Assembly: GCA_016748015.1 (NCBI GenBank)
Contig: JAAOMT010000762.1
Span: 310,001 to 374,000, forward strand
Length of the DNA: 64,000 nucleotides
Direction of reading: 5' to 3'
Source: Geosiphon pyriformis uo1
Taxonomy: Eukaryota; Fungi; Glomeromycota
Shown piece after piece: positions 61,209 to 64,000 of the stretch (positions are counted from its first letter, which is position 1; the number at the start of each line of letters is the position of its first letter). Made by a program: the position numbers and the translations under genes. The notes below the pieces were generated by a model. It was given only the letters and a program-made list of their open reading frames with translations. It had not been told where the DNA came from and made no database searches.

Positions 61209-63708
61209 TTATTATTATTATATGTTTTACAAATATAATTCAATTATTACTTAAAATCATAAAATTATATAAGCTTTTATATTAAGTATGACTCATGTTT
61301 TTCTATATATAACCAGTCATTTAAACTAATTAAGACAATATTAAACATTATAATTGAAAAGTCATACAAAAAACTGAAATATACACTAAACAAATGAGAA
61401 TATAAACCAAAACAAACATAAACATCCAACCTAATACCAAAATTATAAATTATTTTAAAAGATCATAAAAATATCAAGTTAAATATGACTAGTATTATGA
61501 ACTTATTGTATAATAAAAGACCATATTTTTTATAATACATTCTTAATTTAGTAGTTAGTAATTATATAATAGATCTATAACTTTTAGTAAAACTCCAAAC
61601 CAAATTGATAATCAATAATATATCATTAGAACTGCTATCTAATAGATGTATTATATTAGTTATTTATTTTTTTATTATAAAGTCTTTAATTAGCAATATA
61701 TATAAATAATTAAAAAACTTAATCTTATACAAGAATTGGATTATTATACTGTTAAAGACACAAACATTCAGCAAACCATTCTATACTTTAATAGTTTTTA
61801 AAATTAAGTCCTTTTTAATATTATTATTATAAATACAAGAAAACATGTAATTAGAATCTTCAACCAATTTACATTAAATACATAATATGCTAAAATAATT
61901 CAAATTGTATAATTTTTTTCTCTTGGTTATAGACAATTAGTAATACAGAGTTTTCATAAAATAAAACCAAAGTATTACAGAAGCATAATTTGTAAAATCA
62001 GATTAAATTTAACCATTAAAATACCATACACAAAAAGTTTTATTCATATTAATTATATTATAAAGAGTACTATTTATAACATTATTAGCACATTTAAAAT
62101 TCCAATTAACAAAACTAATAACTTCAAAAAGATATCTAACAAAATAACAAACATTCTTAAAAACAAGTCTGTTTTCAACAGCTAAAAAGTAATATAACAT
62201 ATTAATAAGCAATATAAGATCAAACATAATAGTAGTATTAACAAAAAAATCAGCATACTTATTGCCAACAATTCCAAAATAACTTTTGACTTTTTTTTAA
62301 TTAATTAACAGATTCTTTAATACAATAATCTGGCAAATATGTTTTTTTTTCTATCTAGCATTTATTGCAAAAATTAGAACTAACATTTTTTCAATTAAAG
62401 TATTCATATTTAATAATGTTTAACTATCTGTAAACAAAACAACTGAGCTGAATATTAAAACACATATCAGAGCAAAAGTAATAGCATGCAGTTCTGTTAG
62501 AGTTAAAGAAAGCAAATCATACACTTTAATCTCTACATTTTTATTAATATCTGGAAAGTAGGCAGTAATATTACTGCAAACATATATAGATCCCAAGTTC
62601 TTAACTAAACTATTCATATAAACCACTATATTATTAGACTTTTTTTTAAAAGATCCTTATCAACAAAATTAAAATTGCTTAAGCCACAACCAAAAATAAA
62701 ATAAAAAGCTGAAGTACAACTGCCAATCAAACTGCTATTCTTAATAAACTTAACTAGCAAATTAAACTAACTAGAAACCAGATCTTTTGGATTTAGTCTC
62801 TTTTATTTGTAAAATTACTTTACATAAAACATGTGTTGTAACAATTTAAAAGTTGGTTTGCAAAAATAATACCAAATTTTTTTAGTGAATTTATTACACT
62901 CAGATACTATTTCAATCTCAAAACATTTGCAACTGTGACACTACTACCAATTCAAAAAACATTTAGCAGGTCATTGTCCAAGAATAACTTATATGTTGTC
63001 AAAATATTGGTTACACTAGCCAGAAAACAGTTCATAAAATTAATTGACAATATAGTTAAAAAACAAAATAGTTGCTAACAGCTTGCAAATTTATGGCTCT
63101 GTGTTCAAACAATCTGTCAAGAATGTCTTTTAAGTTGGCAAAGACTACCAAATTAGCCAAAAAGTTTTTGGCTTGCATCTGTTTGAATGTCTTAAGACCA
63201 TATAATTTAGAATAAGAAATAACTTCATTGAAAAAGTTTTTAGACAAATTAGTCTTAAGCTTTAGTTTCTTCTTTAATATTTTGTCCTACTTTTTACATA
63301 TATTTATTGAAATATAACTAAACTGCAATTTGTAATAAACTATTGGCTATAGAACAGCAAACATTAAGTACAGAAATTGTTTGTCAAACATGATTTTTTT
63401 CAAAACCAAATTCATAAAAAACTTAACATCTGAATAAGTCTTGACAAGACTTGGTTTGAAAAACCATTTGTAAACAGAAAAATGCTTAAGTATTTATGAA
63501 ATTCATTTTTCTTAGCTATAAAAATATTTGATCTACTTATCAACAAACTAGAAACTCTTACTTTTTAATTGATAGGTATAGCAACTGTTTTATTTATATT
63601 AATTAAAATGTTATTAATTTGAAAAAATTCACTAGCTATGTCTAAAATATGCTAAGTAGCAGACATGTTGTTCCAAATCCAAATTGTGTCATTCACAAAA
63701 GTTTCTGT
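61209..63708 (-). mobile_element. Partial, decayed LINE copy E10 (RT motif C to 3' end), (TAA)n tail
   Basis: TFVNDTIW at ~63680-63703, VYMNSLVKNLG and LTELHAI...LFTDS (RNase H), stop 61341-61343, decayed 3' UTR. Confidence 0.88.
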
Positions 63709-64000
63709 TATTACAAGTGATTATTTAGAGTGTTAAAACAAATAACAAACTCATAATTTGATGTTCAATAACTGGAAATATTGGTTATTTTTAAAGATTT
63801 TAGAGTCTAAAGGTTTTAGTTAAGCCTTTTGTATAATAGACAAAGATTCAATTGATGGTTTTATTCTATGAATTTTTTTTAGTATAATAGTTGGTTTATT
63901 CTAACAGTCATATTCTTTTAATAAGCTATCCATAAATTTTTACTTTTGTTTCTGGGTCTTTTATCAAACTATTTTTGATATCAATTACTTAGCACTTAAT
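63706..64000. other. Non-LINE sequence abutting E10 within the RT domain; possible terminus of another element (e.g. an LTR)
   Basis: LINE homology stops abruptly. The new sequence begins TGT and is less AT-rich than the other spacers. Confidence 0.3.

Overview
About 97% of this window is one family of decayed non-LTR retrotransposons (LINEs). No intact host gene, RNA gene or CRISPR array is visible. Ten copies (E1-E10) can be delimited. Eight are full length at about 6.6-6.9 kb; E1 runs off the left edge and E10 is cut near 63,708. Each full-length copy has a short pyrimidine-rich 5' leader, ORF1 (two RRM-like blocks, a CX2CX4HX4C knuckle, coiled-coil-like segments), a 4-nt ATGA stop/start overlap, ORF2 (APE endonuclease, reverse transcriptase, RNase H, C-terminal Cys/His finger), a ~120-nt conserved 3' UTR and an A or (TAA)n tail. 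All ORFs are broken, mainly by C>T/G>A stops. The oldest copy (E2) is split into four pieces by three younger copies, each with an exact 12-14 bp target-site duplication (TSD). The most interesting signals are: (1) extra bases at 5' junctions that are inverted copies of each element's own leader, suggesting cDNA snap-back priming on a conserved terminal inverted repeat; (2) a conserved multi-stem 3' UTR fold with a candidate pseudoknot; (3) an invariant Ser-Gln-stop/ATG coupling; (4) mosaic subfamily recombinants; (5) an internal inversion and microhomology deletions; (6) strong directional GC>AT decay. The source looks like a repeat-rich, AT-rich eukaryote, probably a fungus (Glomeromycotina-like); this is from recollection of similar proteins, not a search. 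All alignments were done by eye.
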